A stretch of 64,000 bases of DNA from positions 2,728,001-2,792,000 of the forward strand of contig CATNEN010000005.1 of assembly GCA_950097015.1 (NCBI GenBank), in the 5' to 3' direction. Under the pieces are notes generated by a model. That model did no database searches. It saw nothing but the letters and a program-made list of their open reading frames with translations, and was not told where the DNA came from. Below are positions 8,306-21,100 of the stretch, piece by piece; the first letter of the stretch is position 1; each line of letters starts with the position of its first letter. Source of the stretch: Macrostomum hystrix (Eukaryota > Animalia > Platyhelminthes). The position numbers and the translations under genes are program-made.

Positions 8306-8966
8306 TGCCAGTACTATCAGTGGGCACTCATGCGATCACTCTAAGACATGGCGAGTGGTCTTCTCTCTCGACGGCAGGAACGTAAACCCACATCGTGACG
8401 CGGCGCATTAAGACTATCATCCAACCGACAAAGGACATTGTCGAAGACTACGCCCATGAATGTGCTGCCGTAAATTGCCTGCCGAACGACCACTTGCAGG
8501 ATGATGCACGCCGCGAAAAGTATCGCCAACCCAAAAGCAGAGGTTCCCGCGAGATAGGCCTAAATTGTGCCCCAACTGCCGATCCTGAAGAATTAAAACG
8601 AAACGGCCGACGAGATAGGCGCCATACCAGCCAATTAGCCTTCACTTCGACCGTGGCCAAGTGATAGCCGGCGACTATATTTTAGGGCCAGCGAGACTTA
8701 TTGAAGGTTCAAATCGAGGTTTTTCCTAAATGAGCTTTTCTCCCAGGAATTTTTCTCGCAGGTTTACCTGTCCCATTTTTTAAGAAATTTTACAGCGACT
8801 GAACTGAAGCATTAGGTCGTAATCAAATGTCTTTTATGCTCCAAGGATATAAAACTGTATTATTAACTTCATTTTGGGTTCAGATTCACTCGAATGAATT
8901 CTCCCGGTCAGAAGCCGAGCTAACAAGAACCGAAGCTAATATCGCACACGTAAGTCAAGAGAAGTA

Positions 8967-9918
8967 CGAGGTGCATTCAAAAAGTTATTTTCGGTGCTCA
9001 GCAAAAATTAACAAAAATTGTATGGAACAATGAAAACATGGTTAGGTCATTCAATGTCATTCGGTCACTCAACATATTCACCGCCAATGTCCTTGCACTT
9101 CTGCCAGCGATGCACCAGACCTCTGATTCCAGTACCCACGCCTATCGCGTCCGTTTCACGCACCGCACCTTGGCAAGCAGCTTTGATGTGCTCGACGCTG
9201 TCGAATCGAATGCCCCGAAGGTGCTTCTTCACAGATGGGAATAGGAAGAAGTCACATGCAGGGTGACAAATCGGGCGAGTAGGGCGGACGAAAGAAAATT
9301 CTCTCCTTCTCGCTGGAAACGGCGCAGGTGGTTGGTGGCGGCCAGAGCACGTTGCATCTTCTGCTCACCTGTCAGCAGGTGTGGCACCCACTTGCTGAAT
9401 TTCTTCTGCAGGTTGAGACGCTCTGTCAGAATGGTGTGTACACTGCCAACTGACACTCCGACATCTTCTGACAGCTCTTCGCAAGTCAGTCGCCGATCAT
9501 CATCCAGGAGCTCCTGCACTTTCTTCACCACGGTCTCGTTGGTGGCAGTCATCGATCTTCCAGAGCGGTCGTTGTCCTCGACGCTCTTTCTGCCTTCAGC
9601 GAACAACAGGAACCACTTTCGAACAGTCTGTTCAGTTGGTGCACTGTCACCAAACACTTGCTGAAGCTCTCTAAACATCTCCGGAGGTTTCTTTCCTTGC
9701 AGGAATTGGAACTTCATCAAGCTCCGAACGTCTTGCTTTGAAAAAGATTCTGCCATGGCCAAGAAATAGAAGGGTAGCTTAAAAAATTGCTTGTAGCTCA
9801 GACAGTCACCAGCTAAGGCTTAAAAACTCAGGAAGGTTTAGGCCACAAATTTTGTTCTGTGTGTCATTTACAAAACAATGCCAAAGGACCGAAAAGAACT
9901 TTTTGAATGCACCGATCG
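8967..9918 (-). mobile_element. Internally deleted mariner (Tc1/mariner) DNA transposon
   Basis: TA-flanked TIRs CGAGGTGCATTCAAAAAGTT / AACTTTTTGAATGCACCGATCG (2-bp insertion in the right TIR). Transposase N-terminus with HTH, RSGR and WVPHLL (9762-9290) is fused out of frame to PPYSPDLSP..DFFLFP..RWQKC..GEYVE*. The region with the first two catalytic Asp is deleted. Confidence 0.93.
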
Positions 9919-12609
9919 TAGATGTGAATTAGGGCAACTGAAAACAATGTTTCATATCCCCTGCGTAGTTAGGAAATTATTTGACTAAAAGGATAAGCTT
10001 CCCGTGCGTAGAAAGAATATGGGGCATGCATGCAGTTTGACCTACTGGGATCGGGTGCACAGCGGACATTCGTTCGGAGCCAGGACAGGACAAGAGAGGC
10101 CACAGCAACCCCTTTCACCATCGTTATATTGACTGTATCCCCAGCACCCGAATGTACTCGCGTTCGCTTATTGCGTTTTGCTGCGAATGGACGAACGCGT
10201 GGATTCGTATAATCACGTGTGCACTTTTTATTTTCGTTTGCTGCGGAGAGGAATCTAATATGAAGCCTCTAGCTGGCGATCCATTGGAAAGGGAGGCGGA
10301 ATACCAAGTTTGGGAAAAAATCTCGCGTACCTTCATTAAGCAGAGTGCAATGAGGACGAGCCGCTGCAGTGCAGCATTTCGAGATCGCTTCATCAGCATG
10401 GCATCAGCGGATGCCGTGTGTAGCCGTCGTCGGCGCAGTCAGTCTTGGTGCGGTGCTCGATGCTGTCTTGGACCATTGGAGCAGGGCCTCTGCTGCGACT
10501 CCCGGCGCCAGCTGTACCAACTGAACCGGCTGGCCAGACGTCGCATTATTCAGTTCCAGAGCAAGCGTCAGATTTCTCTCAACAGAGCCGAAGCGAGTCA
10601 TCCGGAGTCGCAGCCTAATTGGTTAGCATGACATGTTGCTAAGCAACGAATAGGAAAACGCCAGGGAGGCTGCTGCCAGTGGGTCGACATGGAGAATACT
10701 TTGGGGACCTGATCTAACATAACATCGGAACATGAGAAATTCAGTAAAGTATTCCGCTGAAATGAACTATGTATAAATAAGGGAAATTGCAGATCGAACT
10801 TCCCGCCTGTAAATATTGTCATAAAAAGCAAAAGATACCTTTCGATACAAAGGTAACTTTCGCTCTCTTTACATTTAGTCCAAGCTTTATAAATTGATTT
10901 GATAAATAAATAAAAGGAACGATTCGATTTAATGCTGATTGAATGATTTTCTCTCTTTTGTTCTTGATAGCCGCGCAATTTATCTGCGACAGATAAGTTT
11001 GAAATGCAACTGTGTAATTAGTGTTCTGGATTATCTTTGTTTGAAATAAAATGTTTGCCCTCTGGCGGCAAGGCCTGATACTTATTACCAGCTCGAACAC
11101 AACAGTCAGTGTGAGCTATACGTGCGAACAAAGTCAAAATGGTCAGTAGAACTCCCGATTAAAGGGGCCGGCCGGTGGCTTCGGCCCAAGATTGTTTATT
11201 CCAATGCTCCCGCGGCGATCGTCCTAGCTTGGACCCCAGGGTGCGCGATCTCGAAGGGTTGGCCTATACAGAAATCTCGCCGGGTCGCGCTCTAGCTGTG
11301 ATTGGCCGGTACGTGCCCTCTCAGGTTCAGGCCAAATCAGGTCAAATCACTAAAGTACGCTACGCAACAATGACTAAAGCAGTTGACCTAGAATTCAAAC
11401 GAGCAAAAAGTAGCTCACACTACAACGCTATTTAATAAGTATCTGCTATGTGTGACAGTTTAAGAAATCGATATATGGTCCCTGTATATTGGGAATTATA
11501 TTGCACAAACAAAATGCATTACGGGAGTGTTTTATTGATATAGAGATTTCTGAACCACTTCTGGGACACTTTATTCCTGATTGCATCGCTTCAGACGTAG
11601 TACCAACAGTTATAAGTTGCAGATCTTTAAAATCTTTAAAATCTTGCAAATCTCTGCAATTGCAGATTTGTTTAGTTGCAGCTGGGTAGAATTTCTGGCG
11701 GTTGCATGTAGCGCGTACGTTAGTCCGTGGACTCAACATCGATCTGTATGCGCCAATTACATTCACCATGCAGTAGCTAAATCTGTGATATGTTCTGATG
11801 CTGTATATTTTACAAGATTTCCGGATCGTGCAGCCACACTGTGTATTTTTTTCCATCCGTGTATTTTACAGATGGATTTTTCCATCCGCAATTTTTTGAT
11901 AAACACGGAAAAATCAAAGCCAAAGCACCAAGTGTCCAAAAAATAATTTTTCGACTTCAATAATTAGCAGTTCTGTTTTAGATAATGCAATAAGGTATCA
12001 ACAAGCTGCTTAACAACCACTTAGGTAAAGTGCTGTTTGTTTATTTAAAGCTTCCCTTACCTCAAACAAAAAACAATTTTAAATTCCTAAATTATCCGTG
12101 TGCTATAATAGCGAGCGATAATATAATAATATAAATACCGAGCTACGGAGCTTGCTTCCTCAAGCAGAATTTCTGGTAGAATTACTTCGCGCCGTAAAGG
12201 TATCGGACCCTAGGGTAGGAAAGCCTTTTTCCCTTGACACCATTCTATTGCCATTAAAATCAAGTGATTAAAAATTTTATTTTAACTTCATATCATATTT
12301 AAGTAGAATGTTGAAAATTGGGTTGAGCTATGATAGAATACAATCTATATAAAAATTGACAAGGCTTTTTGGTCTTGATTCTATTGTTGTTTAGTTTTAA
12401 AAAGCCATGAACCGCTAGTAATTCTATATTGACTGACCAGTTGGGAATGTTAGTAGGCCTAAGATTGTCAGAGGGTTTAGTCCAGATACAAATGACCTGA
12501 AAGTGACATTTTTTTAATAGGGGCATGTCCAATTTAGATTTACTATGTAACTTGTAATTTGTGACATTCATTGAGGTCTGTATGCTATATTTTTTAATTA
12601 TATTAAATC

Positions 12610-13899
12610 CAGTGTTGGGCAAGTTACTTTAAAAAAGTAACTTCCGGTCAAGTAACTTCCGGTTCTAAAGAAAGTAACTTCCGGTAGTAGTTCCGGTACC
12701 GGCACTTGAAAAAAAAGTAACTTCCGGTTCTTCGGCACCGGTACTTTCTACTTTTGAAAAATCGCGTGTTAAAGAAGGGCTTAAATATGTTTTTATTATT
12801 AAAAAACTAATAATAACATGCCTTTGCAACTGCCAACTTGTCTAGAGTAAAACCAAGTGAAAATGATTAAATGAAATTATAGAAAACGAAAAATGAATTT
12901 CTGAAAACCTATATTTTTATGGTTTTTGCTTCTTTTTCCAGCACTAAGGTTCAATCCTGCTGTGGCAGTACTTTACCAATTACCACTCAAAAGTTTGGCC
13001 TGCGCAACTAAAAAAGCTGAAAAAATTTAGATTTGCATGTATTTTACACCATAACATTACATTAAGTTTAAGATTTGAATATAGCGTGCGCAAATAGACT
13101 AAACGTGATCAGTAAAAAATGAAAATTCGAAAATTGAAAAATCGCGCCTCTGTTTGACGATAATTCGCGCCTGCCCTCAGAAATCTCATATTCGCGCCTC
13201 AATCACACCACTGAATAACTAACAACACAAGAGTCTTACAAACTAATGACATAAAGTGACAGCTCTAAAAAAGTGGAAAGAGTAGCTCTAGTGGCGCTGC
13301 TGCCCTGCTGATAATTAACTTTATTAATTCAATAACCTTTTAAGCCCTGAAAAAACTACTTTGACATTTAGACAATTTAGCCTAGGTTAACAGCTGAGAA
13401 AAAAAGTTTGCATGCTTCTTAAAAGGAACCCCCGTAATTTAAACTTGAAAGCTTTAGCACTAGTGTAAAAGCTAGATATAGACAGTCATGTTGTCACAAT
13501 TCACATCAAATGCCTGTTGCCGCGAAGTAGTACAAGGCGGTTTAGTGTCGCGTCGGCAAGAGGTGCTCGCTTTGCTCGAATTAAAAATTTAATTTTTTAA
13601 AGGACCAAAAAGTTGTTAAAATTCACCAACTAAATAAAATTCAAAATTTCTCGGCATTTCTTACGACATTATGAACTGATTATATGAAAATTCTTTCAAT
13701 TTGTATGTTTTCTTTACTTTCTTTCTCTTTTTTTCTCTGCATTTAAAAAAGTGCCGGAAGTACCGGACTTAACAAAAAGTAACTTCCGATACCCTAGTCC
13801 GGCACTACAAAAAAAAGAACCGGAAAAAAGTGCCGCTTTAAAAAACAGTAACTTCCGGCACAAAAAGTGCCGGAAGTGCCGGAAGGTTGCCCAACACTG
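12610..13899. mobile_element. Non-autonomous hAT element (1290 bp)
   Basis: TIR CAGTGTTGGGCAA / TTGCCCAACACTG; exact 8-bp TSD ATTAAATC (12602-12609, 13900-13907); many subterminal AAGTAACTTCCGG/GTGCCGGAAGT motifs at both ends; no ORF. Confidence 0.92.
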
Positions 13900-15140
13900 A
13901 TTAAATCTAGATATTATAAATTCAATTGTAAATTAAATAGACCCTTAAGTATGTTATATGTAAGTCTATTTGATTGTATGTGTTCGTTTGTCCTTGTCCA
14001 AATATACCATGTCTGACATACATGCACAACACCCGGCCGACCTGGCCGAATCGGCCAGGTGAAACGAGGGACAAGCAAGGTAAGTCGCAAAAACCAATTG
14101 ACCAAGCGCAAAAAAATCAAAAGCATGACCAAGGGACAAAAAAGGAAGGCGTGAAGAAAAGGAAAAAGGGAGAGAAAAAGAGAACAAATGAGAGCAAACT
14201 AAGTCATAAATAGAGCAATGAAACGAACTAAGTTGCAAATGAGAGCAAACTAATTCGTAAATAGAGCAAAAACTAAGTCCCATGGCCGGCTAAGATTTGG
14301 GAGGTTGCACATGTATGATGTCTAACATCTAGTGTGTAATTTTTTGTTATAAAATTTAAAGAAATCAAAAAACAGATAAATATACAGTGAAACAAGGTCA
14401 GATTTTCTTCTCAATAACCATATTTACTTTTTACTATTAGAAATAAGTGCTACATATACATTTGGCCTATACCTACCCTGAGCACTAAGTTGACATACCA
14501 AGAATCCCATGTGAGGCAAGTGTATGCCTGTTCTATACACATAAATTTTTTTTGTATTTATTGTACCCAAAATGTATTAGACTTATTTGACAAACTATTA
14601 ATGCTAAATTAAGGGAAGCTGTATTTATATATGATTTTGGCAATTGAAATCCAACATATTTTATCTAGGCAAACTATACCTGATGCTTATTTTAACTTGT
14701 TTTATTTTCCTTATCTGTCTAAATTTTAATAAATTTGTTTCAAAAGTCAAAATCAATATAAGAATTTCATAACACTGCTAGTATTGTCACTAGCAGTCTA
14801 TATATTAAAATTTATGATCATTTTTTAGTTTAGGACTTTCAGTCAAAAGTTTGTTGTATAAGGCAAAAGTGAAGACAAAGTATAATCAAGTGTCCCTTTG
14901 ATTACCTTGGCCTTTGGCCCACATATCTCATTTATTGTATACCTCATTCATTAGTATTCATCACTTTTTTGATAAATTATTAAAACCATCAACTAAGAGT
15001 CTACTAAGTAACCTTACACTTTTATGTCATAACTGATTCTTTAATTAGCTACACCCTGAATTTTTCAGGTTTCTTTAAAAGAAATCTTTAGGAACAACAA
15101 TTTTAACTGAGCATCACACTTGAAGCAAGCTTAAAATAAA

Positions 15141-18100
15141 ATGGAATACGGTGACTCACTAACAGCCAATGATCAGGTGCAGATTGACTTTCATGGCATC
15201 GAACTAAATGGCCTCAATGGAGCTGGCATTGGTCATGGCTCCAGTGAATTTGCTGCTGAACAATTTCCTGGACTAGAAGAGCGGGAAATAATGACCGAAT
15301 TAGGTGTTCCACTAAGGGTCTATGTTCACAAGGGCAGCAAGTGCTGTGGATCTATCATTACCTATCACGACTTGGGTACGAATCGTAAGTAATTTAATTT
15401 TCATGCCATCAATCAGATTGGTGGTAGTTACTATGGATCTAGTATGGTTGCAATCACAAAATGAGGATCTGGGGTGGTTGCAATCCCAAACTGAGGATCT
15501 GAGATTGTTGCAATCCCAATCTGAGGATCTGAGATTGTTGCAATCCCAATCTGAGGATCTGAGATTGTTGCAATCCCAATCTGAGGATCTGAGATAGTTG
15601 CAATCCCTATCTGAGGATCTGAGATAGTTGCAATCCCTATCTGAGGATCTGAGATTGTTGCAATCCCTATCTGAGGATCTGAGATTGTTGCAATCCCAAT
15701 CTGAGGATCTGAGATTGTTGCAATCCCAATCTGAGGATCTGAGATTGTTGCAATCCCTATCTGAGGATCTGAGATTGTTGCAATCCCTATCTGAGGATCT
15801 GAGATTGTTGCAATCCCAATCTAAGGATCTGAGATTGTTGCAATCCCAATCTGAGGATCTGAGATTGTTGCAATGCCAATCTGAGGATCTGAGATGGTTG
15901 CAATCCCAAACTAATGATCTGGGATGGTTGCAATCCCAATCTGAGGATCTGAGATTGTTGCAATGCCAATTTGAGGATCTGGGATGGTTGCAATCCCAAT
16001 CTGAGGATCTGAGATTGTTGCAATGCCAATCTGAGGATCTGAGATTGTTGCAATCCCAATCTGAGGATCTGAGATTGTTGCAATGCCAATCTGAGGATCT
16101 GAGATTGTTGCAATCCCAATCTGAGGATCTGAGATTGTTGCAATGCCAATCTGAGGATCTGAGATTGTTGCATTCCCTATCTAAGCATCTGAGATAGTTG
16201 CAATCCCAATCTGAGGATCTGAGATTGTTGCAATCCCAATCTGAGGATCTGAGATTGTTGCAATGCCAATCTGAGGATCTGAGATTGTTGCAATCCCAAT
16301 CTAAGGATCTGAGATTGTTGCAATCCCAATCTGAGGATCTGAGATTGTTGCAATGCCAATCTGAGGATCTGAGATGGTTGCAATCCCAAACTAATGATCT
16401 GGGATGGTTGCAATCCCAATCTGAGGATCTGAGATTGTTGCAATGCCAATTTGAGGATCTGGGATGGTTGCAATCCCAATCTGAGGATCTGAGATTGTTG
16501 CAATGCCAATCTGAGGATCTGAGATTGTTGCAATCCCAATCTGAGGATCTGAGATTGTTGCAATGCCAATCTGAGGATCTGAGATTGTTGCAATCCCAAT
16601 CTGAGGATCTGAGATTGTTGCAATCCCAATCGGAGGATTAAAGAAGGTTATCAGAATCCAAGTTGATCATATTAACAGTTCGGTCTCTGAACTGATTTCA
16701 AACTAAAAAGGTTTCTACAAAGCGCCTTACCTGATATTAATTTAGATCGCTCATTTCTAAGATTCTTCAATCAACCTGACATGCGTGTCATCATGGACTA
16801 TTTCACTGTCTATCACGTGTGCGCCCCAGGACATCACGACACTGCCGGGCCAGTGGCTTCTGAGTGAGTCTGTTTGATTTATAAAAAACTATCAAGATGA
16901 TAGTTTTTGTTAGGTAGCTGGCAGAGAACAGTTTAGCAACAGAAGTTAATTAATGATCATATTATCGTTTCCATTAAATTCAACATAGGGTTATTGTCTC
17001 CGATGACCCAGAAGGGTAAGTAGCACAATAGATTATATTTTTAGTTTGATAGCATTGCCTAATATGTCTAACATTTAGCGGTGAGATTGTGTGCTCAAAT
17101 CAAATTGTGTCACTTAATCGCTTGCAGTTTTTTTACTTTTGTAACGGAAAATTTTAAAAGGCTATTAGACACGCCAATATGTTGTTTCTAATCTAAGCAA
17201 TGTGCATAATTATTATTTATTAGCCTGCTTTTATTTATCAACGGTCATAGACTCCACAGTTGGATCAGTTATTGTATCCATGATCAGTCATTGTATCCAT
17301 GATCAGTCATTGTATCCATGATCAGTTATTGTATCCATGATCAGTCATTGTATCCATGATCAGTTATTGTATCCATGATCAGTCATTGTATCCATGATCA
17401 GTCATTGTATCCATGATCAGTCATTGTATCCATGATCAGTCATTGTATCCATGATCAGTCATTGTATCCATGATCAGTCATTGTATCCATGATCAGTCAT
17501 TGTATCCATGATCAGTCATTGTATCCATGATCAGTTATTGTATCCATGATCAGTCATTGTATCCATGATCAGTCATTGTATCCATGATCAGTCATTGTAT
17601 CCATGATCAGTCATTGTATCCATGATCAGTCATTGTATCCATGATCAGTTATTGTATCCATGATCAGTCATTGTATCCATGATCAGTCATTGTATCCATG
17701 ATCAGTCATTGTATCCATGATCAGTTATTGTATCCATGATCAGTCATTGTATCCATGATCAGTTATTGTATCCATGATCAGTCATTGTATCCATGATCAG
17801 TCATTGTATCCATGATCAGTCATTGTATCCATGATCAGTCATTGTATCCATGATCAGTCATTGTATCCATGATCAGTCATTGTATCCATGATCAGTCATT
17901 GTATCCATGATCAGTCATTGTATCCATGATCAGTCATTGTATCCATGATCAGTCATTGTATCCATGATCAGTCATTGTATCCATGATCAGTCATTGTATC
18001 CATGATCAGTCATTGTATCCATGATCAGTCATTGTATCCATGATCAGTTATTGTATCCATGATCAGTCATTGTATCCATGATCAGTCATTGTATCCATGA

Positions 18101-21100
18101 TCAGTCATTGTATCCATGATCAGTCATTGTATCCATGATCAGTCATTGTATCCATGATCAGTCATTGTATCCATGATCAGTTATTGTATCCATGATCAGT
18201 TATTGTATCCATGATCAGTTATTGTATCCATGATCAGTCATTGTATCCATGATCAGTTATTGTATCCATGATCAGTCATTGTATCCATGATCAGTCATTG
18301 TATCCATGATCAGTCATTGTATCCATGATCAGTTATTGTATCCATGATCAGTCATTGTATCCATGATCAGTTATTGTATCCATGATCAGTCATTGTATCC
18401 ATGATCAGTCATTGTATCCATGATCAGTCATTGTATCCATGATCAGTCATTGTATCCATGATCAGTCATTGTATCCATGATCAGTCATTGTATCCATGAT
18501 CAGTCATTGTATCCATGATCAGTCATTGTATCCATGATCAGTTATTGTATCCATGATCAGTCATTGTATCCATGATCAGTCATTGTATCCATGATCAGTT
18601 ATTGTATCCATGATCAGTTATTGTATCCATGATCAGTTATTGTATCCATGATCAGTTATTGTATCCATGATTAGTCATTGTATCCATGATCAGTCATTGT
18701 ATCGATGATCAGTTATTGTATCCATGATCAGTCATTGTATCCATGATCAGTCATTGTATCCATGATCAGTTATTGTATCCATGATCAGTTATTGTATCCA
18801 TGATCAGTTATTGTATCCATGATCAGTTATTGTATCCATGATCAGTTATTGTATCCATGATCAGTTATTGTATCCATGATTAGTCATTGTATCCATGATC
18901 AGTCATTGTATCCATGATCAGTTATTGTATCCATGATTAGTCATTGTATCCATGATCAGTCATTGTATCGATGATCAGTCATTGTATCCATGATCAGTCA
19001 TTGTATCCATGATCAGTCATTGTATCCATGATCAGTCATTGTATCCATGATCAGTCATTGTATCCATGATCAGTCATTGTATCCATGATCAGTCATTGTA
19101 TCCATGATCAGTTATTGTATCCATGATCAGTCATTGTATCCATGATCAGTCATTGTATCGATGATCAGTCATTGTATCCATGATCAGTCATTGTATCCAT
19201 GATCAGTTATTGTATATATGATCAGTCATTGTATATATGATCAGTCATTGTATCCATGATCAGTCATTGTATCCATGATCAGTCATTGTATCCATGATCA
19301 GTTATTGTATCCATGATCAGTTATTGTATCCATGATTAGTCATTGTATCCATGATCAGTCATTGTATCGATGATCAGTCATTGTATCCATGATCAGTCAT
19401 TGCATCCATGATCATTCATTGTATCCATGATCAGTCATTGTATCCATGATCAGTCATTGTGTTCACTATCAGTCTTCGTATCCATGAACGATCACTGTAT
19501 CCTTTATCAGTCATTGTATCCATGATCAGTCACCGTATCCATGAGCAGTTACTGGGTCCATGATAGGTCATTGTATCTATGATCAGTCATTGTATCTATG
19601 ATCAGTCATTGTATCCATTACCAGTCATCGTATCCATGATCGGTCATTGTGTCCATGACCAGTCATTGTATCCATGATCAGTCATTGTATCCATGATCAG
19701 TTATTGTATCCATGATCAGTTATTGTATCGATGATCAGTTATTGTATCCATGATCAGTCATTGTATCTATGATCATTCATTGTATTCATTATCAGTCATT
19801 GTATCCATGATCAGTCATTGTATCCATGATCAGTCATTGTATCCATGATCAGTTATTGTATCCATGATCAGTCATTGTATCCATGATCAGTCATTGTATC
19901 CATGATCAGTCATTGTATCCATGATCAGTTATTGTATCCATGATCAGTCATTGTATCCATGATCAGTTATTGTATCCATGATCAGTCATTGTATCCATGA
20001 TCAGTTATTGTATCGATGATCAGTCATTGTATCCATGATCAGTCATTGTATCCATGATCAGTCATTGTATCCATGATCAGTCATTGTATCCATGATCAGT
20101 CATTGTATCGATGATCAGTCATTGTGTCCATGACCAGTCATTGTATCCATGATCAGTCATTGTATCCATGATCAGTTATTGTATCCATGATCAGTTATTG
20201 TATCGATGATCAGTTATTGTATCCATGATCAGTCATTGTATCTATGATCATTCATTGTATTCATTATCAGTCATTGTATCCATGATCAGTCATTGTATCC
20301 ATGATCAGTCATTGTATCCATGATCAGTTATTGTATCCATGAGCAGTCATTGTATCCATGATCAGTCATTGTATCCATGATCAGTCATTGTATCCATGAT
20401 CAGTTATTGTATCCATGATCAGTCATTGTATTCATGATCAGTTATTGTATCCATGATCAGTCATTGTATCCATGATCAGTTATTGTATCGATGATCAGTC
20501 ATTGTATCCATGATCAGTCATTGTATCCATGATCAGTCATTGTATCCATGATCAGTCATTGTATCCATGATCAGTTATTGTATCGATGATCAGTTATTGT
20601 ATCGATGATCAGTACAGCAAAGTTAGCACAATTTTGCTTGTTTAGTTAAAATTAAACGTGTATTGTGTATTATGATTTTATTTGAGACTTTATAATTTCA
20701 GGCATTATTTTAGTTTTTAATCGATAAAAAATCAAATGTCGACAATGGTGACGTAATACAATTTACAGTGGTGGAGTTCGTGAAGGTCTTCTTGGCTCCG
20801 GCGCAGCCGGTGCTGACGCTAGACGCGGCTCCTCGTCTACTAGCTACTCAATGTACGGACAGGGTCGAGGCAGTGTGTGAGTTTCCTAGTTTCTGACCTT
20901 GTGGTTTGATTGTCGGATTTAAAACTTAATGGTCGGGGGTTCGATTCCCGACTCCACTTGAATCGTTTTGTGTCCAAGACACTAATTTCCGTATTACTTT
21001 AGTTTATCCATGTCTAAAATGTTTGGCAGCATAAATTGGGCTTTCCGTGGACTGTACAGCGGCACAGCCGTAGGCAGCTTTTCATCCTAAACTTCCTGGA

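Noticed and set aside
8060-8365. LTR plus primer-binding site (…AAGACA TGGCGAG)
   Set aside because: No second LTR, no gag/pol, and no clear tRNA complementarity beyond TGG.
8395-8950. ORF 8395-8664 and a possible exon at 8884-8949
   Set aside because: No recognisable domain and no consistent multi-exon model could be built.
10152-10631. 159-aa GC-rich ORF
   Set aside because: No recognisable family or splice context; may be a TE remnant or orphan exon and needs a homology search.
11154-11163. CAGTAGAACT matching the TTAA-element TIR
   Set aside because: Only 10 bp, not preceded by TTAA, and no partner end was found.
15322-16641. Long QSQSEDLRLL ORFs
   Set aside because: Translation of a 30-bp intronic minisatellite; the true NDRG exons splice around it.
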